Shown: positions 20,488 to 30,469 of the stretch, piece by piece
Layout of the letters: each line of letters opens with the position of its first letter
Numbering within the stretch: the first letter of the stretch is position 1
Origin: an uncultured Planctomycetaceae bacterium
Lineage (GTDB): Bacteria; Planctomycetota; Planctomycetia; Planctomycetales; Planctomycetaceae
Assembly (NCBI GenBank): GCA_963813715.1
Contig: CAWFAK010000006.1
Coordinates: 1 to 64,000, forward strand
Length of the DNA stretch: 64,000 nt
Reading direction: 5' to 3'
Translations under genes and position numbers: made by a program
Notes under the pieces: model-generated
What the model was told of the DNA's origin: nothing
Seen by the model: only the letters and a program-made list of their open reading frames with translations
The model's database searches: none

Positions 20488-21342
20488 ATGCTCAATTCCA
20501 ATTTCCGGCAATGGCTCCGATCCGTCCCGACCAATCGCCTGAGCAGCGCACGCCGAAGAAAGGCGCGGGGAACGCTGGCTGCGTTCGACCGGCCGGCCGA
20601 AGTCCTGGAGGACCGAGCGCCGTTGACGGCTGTGGCGACTCCCTACCTCGTCTTTTCCGTGCAACCGAGCAACATCGTCGCGGGTCATCCCTTGAAGTTC
20701 ACCGCGGAGGTGATGATCAACGCGAAAACCAATGAGGGCACGGTCACCGAGGTCGACACCGCCTTCAACGGCGCGTGCTCGTTCACGCCCATTCTTGCGG
20801 GGACATTGGGGACGTTCGACACTCCCTACAACTTCACGGGGCCGCAGGGGCCGAACGCTCCCTTCGCCAGTGTGACGTTGCCTGTCACCAACGGCATCGT
20901 CGGCGATCATCACGATCAGACTTCGATCGACGTGGCCGGCAACTATCTAATCGAAGCCGCTGCCACCGAGTTTTCGCCGGGAACGGGCCTGTTTGTGATG
21001 AATTCCAACCCGTTCACCGTGACGGCGTTCACGGCCACCGATCGTCTGGTGTTCCTCAAGGCGCCGAGCGAGACCACCGTCGATGCGCCGTTCAGCGCGA
21101 CCGTGGCCGCGGAAGACCAGTACGGCAACATCGACACCGGCGAGAACAACATCCCCGTCACCCTGTTCGCACTTCCCGGCAACACGTCCACAGCGGAACT
21201 CAAGAACGGCGAGGCAACCTTCAATGACGCGTACTTCGTCGCCGCAGGCGGAGACTTACTGCTCGCCGTCGCCACTGAGCCGGGTGGCGGAACTCTCATC
21301 GGCGTGGACGTTGTCCAGGTCTTTGGGGGAAATGCCAGTTGA
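20488..21342 (+). CDS. secreted Ig-like repeat protein with LExRxLL-like leader, paralog of 17312..18184
   Basis: AAGGAG RBS; 'AEVLEDRAPLT'; shares 'FTATDRLVFLKAPSE.TVD.PFSATVA.EDQYGNIDT'. Confidence 0.78.
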   Translation: MLNSNFRQWLRSVPTNRLSSARRRKARGTLAAFDRPAEVLEDRAPLTAVATPYLVFSVQPSNIVAGHPLKFTAEVMINAKTNEGTVTEVDTAFNGACSFTPILAGTLGTFDTPYNFTGPQGPNAPFASVTLPVTNGIVGDHHDQTSIDVAGNYLIEAAATEFSPGTGLFVMNSNPFTVTAFTATDRLVFLKAPSETTVDAPFSATVAAEDQYGNIDTGENNIPVTLFALPGNTSTAELKNGEATFNDAYFVAAGGDLLLAVATEPGGGTLIGVDVVQVFGGNAS

Positions 21343-21559
21343 CGCCGTCGCTACCAGTGTCGCCGAAGAATTTTGGCTCGTGCAAAGGGGAAGCGACGAA
21401 CATTGACGGCCGACGCATCCAGATGGCGATTGTTGCCACGGCACTGACTTTTACCACGGCCCTGGCGACTTCGCTGATTCAGCCGACGCTTGCCGGTCGC
21501 CCCGGCGGGGGCGGTGCTTTTCCAAAAGTTCGAAAACCGTTGCCTTCGTTCCACTCTAG

Positions 21560-21594
21560 ACCCCGCGGTTGCGAATAGCGCGTCCGCGGGGTTC
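21560..21594. terminator. hairpin between convergent genes
   Basis: ACCCCGCGG...CCGCGGGGT. Confidence 0.4.
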
Positions 21595-21629
21595 TGTGTT
21601 GCGCGGCCCGCTAATGGCGTCGCGAAGCC

Positions 21630-23201
21630 TTAGGTTTCGGTCAATCGCTGTAGCACGTCGTTGCGGCGCCCGTTGTCCTGGATCAGGCGAGCCACGGGCA
21701 ACGCCAACTCGGCATCGTGGTTCTCGGCAATCTCGAGGGCACAGTCCGCGGCCGCTTCGTCGCGGATTTTCGCGTTTTGCACGGACTGCAGCGCAAACAG
21801 CACGACTTCGTTCTCACCCTCGCTGGCGGCTTCGCGAGCAATCTTCAGCAGCGTTTGATCCTTCTGAGGGCCCGCGCTCATCGCCAGGGCCGCTTGCAGC
21901 TTGACGTTTTCGGCGACGACGGATTCACGATCGCCGGGAAAAAGCGTCGGGGCCAGATTCTCCACGAGACCGGCCAAGACGCTGCAGGCGATGCCGCCAA
22001 ACACCGCGTAATCAGTCGGCAGCAGATGGAAGCCGATCGAGATAAACAACAGAGTGGCCGCCGTCCCCAGCACGCCGGCAACGACGTGGATCATCTGTCG
22101 GCCTGTGCGCGGCTCGATTCCCAGCGAGTCTGCGATCCATTGACCCGATCGCTGTCGCGACGCGGGGATGTAGGGCTGCGTGGCGGGCAAGGCGGCGGAA
22201 TTCGCCGCTCCCGCGTGGGTAATGCGGTCGACTTGTTCCTTGATCTCGCTGGCGTGCTGATAGCGACGGCCCGGCTCCGACTCGAGCGAGCGCAACACCA
22301 CCTCGTCCAGGCGCACGTCGACGTGCACTCTCTTGGAGGGCGGGTCGAAGCGACCGATCGGCAGCTTGCCGGTCAGCATCTCGTAGAAGACGACGCCCAG
22401 CGAATAGATGTCGGCCCGATGATCGACGGTGTGCGCCTCCTGCAGTTGCTCGGGAGCCATGTAGCCGAGCGTCCCCATCAGCTGGCCCGTTCCGGTCAGC
22501 GACAGTTCCTCCGGTGCGCGTCCCAAGAGCTTGGCCAGGCCGAAGTCGGCGATCTTCACGCGGCCCTTCTTGTCGATGAGGATGTTCTCCGGCTTGATGT
22601 CCCGATGAACGATCCCTTCGTCGTGGGCAAACTGCAGCGCGTCGCAGATTTGCGGCACGATCTTGAGCGCCTGCTCCGGCTCGAGCTTGTGCTCGCGGAT
22701 GAGCACCCGCAGGTTGACGCCGTCGACGTACTCCATCACGAAGTAGAAGAATTCCTCGGTCCGGCCAAAATCGTAGACCTGCACGATGTTTGGATGGTTG
22801 AGCTGCGCCAGCGCCTGGGCCTCGCGTGTGAACCGCTCGGCAAACGCCGGATCGCCGCCGACCGACGGAGGCAGAATCTTGACGGCGACGAGCCGATTGA
22901 GATGCCGCTGCCGCGCTTTGTAGACAACGCCCATTCCCCCCTGCCCTAAGTGTTCGAGGATTTCGAGCTGGGGAAACTGGCGGGCGAGCGTCTCCAAATA
23001 AGGAGTGGCGAGTCGCGAAGACGGTTGGACCGTGGCCGCAGCCCGTTCCTCCGCCGAGAGCGGCCTGCTCCCCCCGGCGTGTGGCTCGATCGACCCCTGA
23101 CCGGCGAGACCAGCTTGCAGCAGACACTTCGGACAAATGCCTGCCGGCGCATCGGCCGGCAGGTCGGCCCCGCATTTGGGACAGGGTCTGGTTTCCGTCA
23201 T
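21630..23201 (-). CDS. Ser/Thr protein kinase with N-terminal CxxC-CxxC and two TM helices
   Basis: 'CPKCG...CPKCLL', GQGGMG, HRDIKPEN, DFG and GTLGYMAPE. Confidence 0.95.
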   Translation of the reverse strand: MTETRPCPKCGADLPADAPAGICPKCLLQAGLAGQGSIEPHAGGSRPLSAEERAAATVQPSSRLATPYLETLARQFPQLEILEHLGQGGMGVVYKARQRHLNRLVAVKILPPSVGGDPAFAERFTREAQALAQLNHPNIVQVYDFGRTEEFFYFVMEYVDGVNLRVLIREHKLEPEQALKIVPQICDALQFAHDEGIVHRDIKPENILIDKKGRVKIADFGLAKLLGRAPEELSLTGTGQLMGTLGYMAPEQLQEAHTVDHRADIYSLGVVFYEMLTGKLPIGRFDPPSKRVHVDVRLDEVVLRSLESEPGRRYQHASEIKEQVDRITHAGAANSAALPATQPYIPASRQRSGQWIADSLGIEPRTGRQMIHVVAGVLGTAATLLFISIGFHLLPTDYAVFGGIACSVLAGLVENLAPTLFPGDRESVVAENVKLQAALAMSAGPQKDQTLLKIAREAASEGENEVVLFALQSVQNAKIRDEAAADCALEIAENHDAELALPVARLIQDNGRRNDVLQRLTET

Positions 23202-23237
23202 CGGCGTTCTCCCGAATGTTTCTCGGCTACGTCTTCT

Positions 23238-23262
23238 GACGGAAAGCCATCGATCCGTAACA
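23238..23262 (-). promoter_or_regulatory. putative ECF promoter TGTTAC-N15-CGTC between sigma and kinase genes
   Basis: Reverse complement of 23238-23262, preceded by an A-tract. Confidence 0.5.
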
Positions 23263-23279
23263 CGGTTTTTTGGTTTTGC

Positions 23280-24050
23280 TCACAACTGCAGAGTGGCAAA
23301 CAGATTGGAGATTTCGGCTTCGACCTCGTCCGGCCCGCTGACCGTCTCGGCGATTTCCTCCCGCAGCAGCTCCCTGTAGCGGCGGCGGAGCCGATGGGCG
23401 GCCATTTTCGCGGCGGATTCCGTCATGCCGAGCTGCGGGGCGACTTGGGCATAGGTCGCGCCGGAGTGTTCGCCGATGAGGAAAGGCTTCAGTTCCGTGA
23501 ACTGTTGCGACTTGCCGGCCTGCACCGCCTCCTCCTCGAGCCGCTTGAGGATGCGGCCGAGCAAAGCCACCGCCCATTCTCGATCGTAGATCTGTTCGGC
23601 AGTCAGACCGCTGGCCGGCTCGAGGCGGTAATGTGAGTCAGCCGACTCGAAGTCGAGTGGAATCGGCGTTTTGCCCCCGCCCCGCTTTTGGGTTTTGGCT
23701 TTGTCCCATTCCTTCGACAGAAAATGCTTGAGCGCGGTCAGCAGAAAGGCGCGGAACCGTCCGCGTTCGGCGGTCGCCGAGCCGAAATAATTCTTCGCCA
23801 GCAGTTCCGCAAAGAAAGCCTGCGTCAGGTCGTGCGCGTCGTTGACGTCGGTCACTCGTCGGCGAACGTAGGCATAGAGCGGATACCAATAGGCTTCGCA
23901 CAGCGACTCGAGCGCTCGTCGAGAATCGGGCGACGACCGACGTCCCGCCACCACGACGACGCTCCATCGCGTCGCAGAAAATTGCCGGTCGCCCCGGTCG
24001 CCCCCCATGCTGGAATTCGCACGATGCCTCGATTTGACCATCCCTACCAT
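23280..24050 (-). CDS. ECF RNA polymerase sigma factor ('TRWS' type, kinase-associated); start uncertain
   Basis: 'FSATRWSVV..AG...ALESLCEAYWYPLYAYVRR..DAHDLTQAFF..LL' and 'RGRFRAFLLTALKHFL'. Confidence 0.92.
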   Translation of the reverse strand: MVGMVKSRHRANSSMGGDRGDRQFSATRWSVVVVAGRRSSPDSRRALESLCEAYWYPLYAYVRRRVTDVNDAHDLTQAFFAELLAKNYFGSATAERGRFRAFLLTALKHFLSKEWDKAKTQKRGGGKTPIPLDFESADSHYRLEPASGLTAEQIYDREWAVALLGRILKRLEEEAVQAGKSQQFTELKPFLIGEHSGATYAQVAPQLGMTESAAKMAAHRLRRRYRELLREEIAETVSGPDEVEAEISNLFATLQL

Positions 24051-24154
24051 CCTAAAGGGCGGTAGGACGGCGTTCCACGGGCTGCGCCAGCGGGTCGTGG
24101 TATGTTTTGAAACTTAGGCAGTGTCCCCGAGTTGTGCTGGCGGTCCAATGGTCA

Positions 24155-24511
24155 TCATCTTCCCCACCAGGCTGGCCAAAAACAGAGACCTACGGCCGTC
24201 AGATGGACAAAAAGGATTATCGCGGCCGCGACTACGGCACGACGCCTCGACCTGCTGGCTCCGATAATCCAACCGTAGATTGGGAATTGTGACAGTCCCC
24301 CAATCGCGATCGTGCCGCCATCCATCCCCACCATGAACTTCATGAGGATCAGGTACGGATAGAAAAACTTGAAAAATCCATAGTCGCCGCCCCCGCCGCC
24401 GGTTGAATAGATCGCGAGAAGAAATGTAACCGGTGTCACGAGAACGCCAATCGCGACACCCCAAACCATTCCTGCATAATTCGTGGGATTTTCGCTCGAA
24501 CTGTCGGTCAT
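24155..24511 (-). CDS. small integral membrane protein, hypothetical
   Basis: Several hydrophobic segments; 'GGGGDY...FYPY' and 'QFPIYGWIIG'. Confidence 0.6.
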   Translation of the reverse strand: MTDSSSENPTNYAGMVWGVAIGVLVTPVTFLLAIYSTGGGGGDYGFFKFFYPYLILMKFMVGMDGGTIAIGGLSQFPIYGWIIGASRSRRRAVVAAAIILFVHLTAVGLCFWPAWWGR

Positions 24512-24745
24512 CGTTCGGGCCCAGGGGTTGTCGTCACGCCGCACCGCAATTCGCCCGACGGTTTCTGGTTCTTCATGGCGCGGTTTTCCGCTAGCCGTTC
24601 AAAACCGCATTGTCAAAAGCGCATTGTACAACTCTTCCAGCGACCATTCCCGATCGGCCACCTCGGCCAACATCGCGGGCGTGGCGTTTGTCGTGCAGCG
24701 CAGGAGATCGAGGGGAACGAGCGAGATTCGACCGTCGGCTGACTA

Positions 24746-24946
24746 TTAGTCCGCCGGCTCGATCGACAGCCGCACGCCAATCCGGCCAAACGGATCAGCC
24801 AGCTTTTCGATGATGAGCTGAGCCTCGGCGTACGTGGGGAACACAGCCGCTTTGGAGCGATCGGCGAGCGCAGGGAATCCCCGCTCGTTGGGTGGCGTGA
24901 CCCACGAGATGCGCCCGTCATCGTCGGCCCGGACTACGAAGGCCAT
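24746..24946 (-). CDS. 66-aa hypothetical protein, paralog of 8832..9107
   Basis: MAFVVRADDDGRISWVTP...AAVFPTYAEAQLIIEKLA. Confidence 0.65.
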   Translation of the reverse strand: MAFVVRADDDGRISWVTPPNERGFPALADRSKAAVFPTYAEAQLIIEKLADPFGRIGVRLSIEPAD

Positions 24947-25211
24947 TCGACTTAAACGCGAGCACGCACGAATCATCCACACGAATTTCGATCGGAAAAA
25001 TAACCTCTGGTGGCGTGACTTCTCGCCTGCTTAATTTTGCGATCTTTCTTCCTAACCCGAAGCTCGAGCATGTTCTGGGTTGCGCGGTGAAAGCCGGCGA
25101 GTGGATCGCTTCCGTCGAGCCTGGATTGCGGCTGACCGCTGTGCGAAAATGTCCGCGCCTGTCGGCACCTCAATTCGTCAACTCCTGTCCGATTCCGATG
25201 GAGATGGAACT

Positions 25212-27013
25212 ATGGCAAGCGCTGCCTTCCGAGACGTCCGATCTGCGTCACGATCTATCTGGCACGCGAGCCTGCTGGGCGCCGCGCTGATCGTCGGCCT
25301 GCTGATGAACGGTGCTGCCCGCGCGGACGAGCCGACCAGCGGCAGCCAGCCCAAGGCCAATTCGTCCAAAGCGGCCGGCGAGCCGGTGAAGATCGAGACG
25401 GGACTCGTCCAAGGGGTCGCGGCGAACGAAGCGGGTGACGTGATCGCCTTTCGCGGAATTCCCTACGCTGCCCCGCCGGTGGGCGACTTGCGCTGGCGAG
25501 CGCCGCAGCCGGCCAAGGCCTGGGAGGGAGTCCGCGAATGCGCGAATTTCGGAACGGCGGCCCCACAAGTCATCAGTCCACTTCTAAACTCCTTCCCGGG
25601 CATGAGTCTCGGCGCCAAGACCAGCGAAGACTGCCTCTATCTCAACGTCTGGACTCCCGCCCACCGCTCGGCCGAAAAGCTGCCGGTCATGGTTTGGGTT
25701 CATGGGGGTGGTTACACCTTCGGGGCCGACTCGCAGCCGCTCTATGAAGGAACGAATCTGTCCAAACGCGGCATCGTGGTCGTCGGGATGAATTATCGGC
25801 TCGGAGCACTCGGCTTTCTGGCTCATCCGGCTTTGAGCGCCGAATCAGAGCACGGCGTTTCCGGCAATTACGGCCTGCTCGACCAGATCGAAGCGCTCCG
25901 CTGGGTGCAGAAGAACATCGCGGCCTTCGGCGGCGATCCCGAACGCGTCACCGTCTTCGGGGAATCGGCCGGCGGAAACAGCGTTTATTCGCTCCTGCTC
26001 ACGCCGCTCGCCAAGGGGCTGTTTCAGCGGGCCATTCCGGAAAGCGGCGGCACACTCAATTTCGCCCAGTTGAAGAAGTCCGCTTACGGGCACGAGTCTG
26101 CCGAAGAGCAAGGCATCGCCTTCGCTAAGAAGTGCGGCGTGAAAGAGGGCCCCGGCCTGCTCGCCGAGCTGCGGGCCCTGCCGGTCGAGGTGTTGCTCAA
26201 ATCGGTCCCCGGCCTCGACAGCATGCGGTCCTTCAGCTTTCGCAATACGGGCATGCGATTGGCCCCGATCGTCGACGGCTACGTGATCACCGACGATCCG
26301 ATGACGATGTTCGAGCGAGGCTCGGTGAATGCCGTGCCGATGATCGTCGGCGCCAACGGCAACGAAGGATCGATGTTTACCCTGGTCGCGAAGCTGCCGG
26401 CCGACCCCGACACGTTCGGTGCGCTGCTCGATCGCGATTTCGGGCCGAAGTTCGGCGCGACGTTCAAGGAGCTGTATTCACCGGCTCAAGCCAAGAAGTC
26501 GATGACCGAGCTGATGGGCGACTTTTCCTTCGTCGATTCGGCCCGCTTCGTCGCGCGCAACTACGAGCACGCCCACGCTCCGGCGTATCTCTACAATTTC
26601 TCGCACGTCGCCTCGGGAGCGCTCGGCAAGCTGTTGGGCGCCCATCACGGGTCGGAGATCGCCTTCGTCTTCGATAACCTGCAGTTGGGCAAAGAGCAGA
26701 CGCCGGCCGACCTCAAGATCCGCGACGCGATGATCGGTTACTGGGTGCAGTTCGCTACGACCGGAAATCCCAATCGTGAGGGTCTCCCGAGTGGCCCGCC
26801 TACAACGCGACCGACGACCGCTGCCTGCTGGTCACCGACCAGATCGAAACGCCCCAAAACTTCCGCAAGGCCAAGCTCGACGCGATCGACGCGGTCATGG
26901 AAGCCTGGCACAACGCGGGCGAGCACCTCGAACCGCCGCAATCCGAGCCCGCGGCCAAGCCACACGCCGCGACGGAGAACAGCACTCCGGACAAGGTCGC
27001 GAATGGGCAATAG
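25212..27013 (+). CDS. carboxylesterase type B family protein (frameshift ~26790)
   Basis: 'FRGIPYAAPPVGDLRWRAP', 'SEDCLYLNVW', HGGG, GESAGG and 'GAHHGSEI'; shifted tail 'WPAYN...NGQ*' ends at 27013. Confidence 0.93.
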
Positions 27014-27094
27014 GCGAGAGTGCGCCGCGTAGCCACTGCCCACCGCGAGGACGGTGGCACGCCAGGCGCGGACCAAGTGATGAGGGCCTGTCTC

Positions 27095-27862
27095 ATGGAC
27101 GAGATCGCGACGATCCGTGTCTACGATTCGCAGAGCAAAGCGTATCATGACGCGTTTGCCGTGTTTCTCGCCCACACCGATCAAAAGGTGAATGCCCGCG
27201 CGTGGCTCGATGCATTCCTTGAGCGGGAGCCCTCGTCCGCCGTTTTCGTCGACGCCGGAGCGGGCACCGGCCAAACGACGTTTTGGTTAGGCGGACGCTT
27301 TGGTCGCGTGGTGGCGCTCGAACCCAATCCGTCGCTTTGCCAGGATTTGCGACAGACCTGCCCCGCGGCCGAGGTCCTACCAGTCAAGATCCTCGACGCA
27401 CGACTGCCGGCGACCGCCGACTTCGTCTTGTGCTCGCACGTGCTCTATTACTTGCCGCGGGATGAGTGGCAGCCGAGCCTCGCACACATGGGCTCTTGGC
27501 TCACGCCAACAGGAGCCCTCGTCGTCGTTTTGCAGAATCACGAAACCGACTGCATGGGGATGCTCGGTTTCTTCCTGGGACTGCGATTTAACGGCCTGGG
27601 CGCGATTGCGCAACGCCTCGAGCTAGACGCGGGTCGACGTTACCGCACCGAGCTGCACGTCACTCTCGCACACGTGACGGCTCCCGACCTGGCCACCGCC
27701 TACGTGATCGCCGAGTTCATGCTCAACTTGCTGCCGATCCCCAATCCCCCCACGCGGCACGCTTTGGAAGAGTACATCCGCAGCCGCTTCTCCGACGGCA
27801 ACGGTGGGTTCCGCTTTTCCTGCCACCAGGATTTTTTGGTTGTCCGCCCGCGCGGCCAATGA
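27095..27862 (+). CDS. class I SAM-dependent methyltransferase
   Basis: Motif I 'FVDAGAGTG', 'ALEPN' and 'DFVLCSHVLYY'. Confidence 0.85.
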   Translation: MDEIATIRVYDSQSKAYHDAFAVFLAHTDQKVNARAWLDAFLEREPSSAVFVDAGAGTGQTTFWLGGRFGRVVALEPNPSLCQDLRQTCPAAEVLPVKILDARLPATADFVLCSHVLYYLPRDEWQPSLAHMGSWLTPTGALVVVLQNHETDCMGMLGFFLGLRFNGLGAIAQRLELDAGRRYRTELHVTLAHVTAPDLATAYVIAEFMLNLLPIPNPPTRHALEEYIRSRFSDGNGGFRFSCHQDFLVVRPRGQ

Positions 27863-27874
27863 TCGTGTGGAACT

Positions 27875-28930
27875 CTAGTGAGTGCGACCGCGCTCGACGC
27901 CAAGATGAGCGTCGACAAATGCCAGCGCTTCATTGAATGCGGAGGCGACGAGTTTCGGATCCCCGTCGCCGATGCCGTGGCCGGCATTCGGAATTGCGAT
28001 CAGTTTGTGCTCCACGCCCGCGCGGGCCAGTTCCCGGTCCATCTCGACCGATTGCTCGAACGGCACGTCGGTATCGTGCGTTCCGTGAATGAAGAGCGTG
28101 GGCGGATAGTCGCGGGTCACGTTGCGAACCGGACAGAACGGGTTCAGTGCCGCATCTTGCGTGCGCGGATCGATGCCGGCCACGTTCGTCGTCCACAGTC
28201 CCTGTTGTCGGCAGTAGAGATAGAATTGGCCCGGACCTTTGTCGCCTCGGGCGCGTGTCGTCACGGGCGGGCCGCTCACGCCTTTCCAGGCGGCGTCCTT
28301 CGGCACGAGCGGTTGCTTGCGATAAAACTCGCTGGGTTTCGTGTACCAGTCACCGGCGAGATCGCCGTAGCCCCAGAACGACACTAACGCAGCAGGCCGC
28401 GGCCGGACACAGAAGCCCGTCATGAGCGTGAGGTAGCCGCCGGCCGAGCCCCCGGCCACGGCAATGCGGCTCGTGTCGACATGGAACAGCTTCGGCCCTT
28501 GGTCGTGCAGCCAGATGTAGGCGTCGCGCAGATCCTCGATGATTTGTGGAAGACGGGTTTCCGGCGCGAGACGGTAATCGATCGAGACGATTGCGTAGCC
28601 GGCCCGGAGCAGCGGTGCTCGCAAGCGCCGATCGACGCCGCCACGGTCGCCCATGATCAGCGCGCCGCCATGAATCCACAGCAACACCGGACAGATTGCA
28701 TCTCCAGCCGGACGGTAGACGTCGGCCTTGATCTCGAGGTCGCCGACTCGCTTGTAGACAAACGTGGCACGACTCGGCACGCCCGATTTGTTCTCGCCGC
28801 CCGGCCTCTTGTCGGCTCGCGTCTTGTCTTGCGCGAAGAGGCTGGCCGGAGCGAGGGTCATTCCGAGGGCGCCGGCCGAGAGGCTTTCGACAAATTGTCG
28901 CCGGCCGATGCGTTCGTCCGCCTGTCGCAT
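27875..28930 (-). CDS. alpha/beta hydrolase (HSL-like esterase) with Tat signal
   Basis: 'GRRQFVES', HGGA, 'IDYRLAPE', GGSAGG, 'HGTHDTDVP' and 'AGHG'. Confidence 0.92.
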   Translation of the reverse strand: MRQADERIGRRQFVESLSAGALGMTLAPASLFAQDKTRADKRPGGENKSGVPSRATFVYKRVGDLEIKADVYRPAGDAICPVLLWIHGGALIMGDRGGVDRRLRAPLLRAGYAIVSIDYRLAPETRLPQIIEDLRDAYIWLHDQGPKLFHVDTSRIAVAGGSAGGYLTLMTGFCVRPRPAALVSFWGYGDLAGDWYTKPSEFYRKQPLVPKDAAWKGVSGPPVTTRARGDKGPGQFYLYCRQQGLWTTNVAGIDPRTQDAALNPFCPVRNVTRDYPPTLFIHGTHDTDVPFEQSVEMDRELARAGVEHKLIAIPNAGHGIGDGDPKLVASAFNEALAFVDAHLGVERGRTH

Positions 28931-28949
28931 GTTGCACCGCTTTCCTGAG

Positions 28950-30273
28950 CTATTGGGAGCCGGCGGTCACTTCGTCCCACGACTTGATGCCGATCACCGG
29001 GAGCGCGAAGCGAAATGCCGACTCCCATTCGGGCGTTCCGGCCGCGCGGAAGACTTCGTAAATGCGCTTCTTGACCGCCGGCGTGGCGATGGTGCCGGGC
29101 TGCCGCGTCCAGAGACCCAAATTGAGTCCCCCCTCCTGGGCATTGTCGACGTGACGATTGAGGATGAAGGCGTCGATCCCGTCCAGGCTGGCGACTTTCA
29201 CCCAGCCATAACAATAGCCGGCGGCTTGCAACGTCTGGCCGTCGGGCGTCGCGGGCGTGTCGAAGCCTTGTTCCGAGAGGATCACGCGCCGCGGCTGAGC
29301 GTGGCAGAGCATCTCGGGCCGACGCAGATACTTCGTCAGCTGCTCGAGGTTCTTGAAGGTGATCTTCGGCGTGTCGGCCCGCGGCAGCGCCGCTTTGTCG
29401 CGCCAGGTTCGTGGGTCGCGCAGGTTCTCGGGATACGGATGGAAGGCCACGTGCCAATCGAAATCGCCCCCCGCCTTCGACAGGCGATTGAGTTCATCGA
29501 GCAGGTCGCGGCCGGGACACGCGCGGAGCGGATCCTTGCCGTTTCGCCACGTCCAATGATGCTCCAGCGAAATGTAGACCCGCGCGTCGGGCGAGGAACG
29601 CCGGACGGCGATGTGCGCACTCCACACGGCCTGCAAGTATTGGGCGGCCACCTGCTGCGTCGTCGCCGGGCCGATGTTGTACCACTCGTAATGCGAGTTG
29701 AGCTCGTTGCCGACGATGTACCCAACCACGCGGCCGAACTGCTCGTCCTTCCGCGAAAAGCGATCCGCCAGGAATTCGACGCAGGCCTCGAAGTATCGCC
29801 GGCCGGCCGGATCCGATCACGTTGAATCCGGTGATGCCGTTGGGCGCTTCGCGAGCAGCGGCTGGACGTACAATTTTGTTGAGCCGAGGCTCGCTGGTCA
29901 CCGTGGACAACAAAATCAGATAGACGCGGACGCCCGCGCTGCTGAGCGGCCGCACGGGAATGCTTTCGACGACTCCTCGCGAAAAGAAGTAGGTCTGGCC
30001 GCCGCTTTTCCAGCGAAAACTCTCGGGGCGACCGTCGAGATCAATCATCGCGGTCAGGCTGACGTTGAGCGCGGCATGCTTGATGCCCAACGCCAGCGCG
30101 TCGTCGACCATCTGCACCTGCAGCCCCTTGATGTCCGCGCCTAGCGGAGCCCGCGTGACTCGCGGCAGAACCGCCGGCGAGACGCTTCCGACGAGGCAGG
30201 CAACACAAGAAGAGTGCGACTGATCGCACGCGAGCACCTGTCGGCAATGGTGCCTGCCACGAATCCGAATCAA
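28950..30273 (-). CDS. DUF5722-like putative glycoside hydrolase (frameshift ~29810; start uncertain)
   Basis: 'KGLQVQMVDDALALG', 'YIVGNELN', 'VAFHPYP' and 'VILSEQG' (GH-A-like NE...E). Confidence 0.75.
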
Positions 30274-30378
30274 ACAGAGTGCGATGAGCTGGCAGTGAAA
30301 GCCGCCTCGACTTTACCAAGCCGCCGATTAGCTCGCGACGTGGCCAAATAGCGGCGGAGTCGGGAAGTTTTTTCTCAC

Positions 30379-30407
30379 GGAACTTTTCCTGCGGCGAGTG
30401 CGTCGAA
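30379..30407 (+). promoter_or_regulatory. sigmaE-like ECF promoter GGAACTT-N16-GTCGAA
   Basis: GAACTT 30380-30385 and GTCGAA 30402-30407, ~65 bp upstream of the VIT-vWA start. Confidence 0.55.
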
Positions 30408-30469
30408 GTCGGTAGCGGGCAGCAATCGCCAAAACGGCTCGAACGTACCTTTGGGGCAAAGGACGCAGA

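Noticed and set aside
21339..21578. 79-aa ORF with a signal-peptide-like stretch
   Set aside because: No recognisable mature domain or clear RBS, and it runs into a hairpin; at most a gene fragment.
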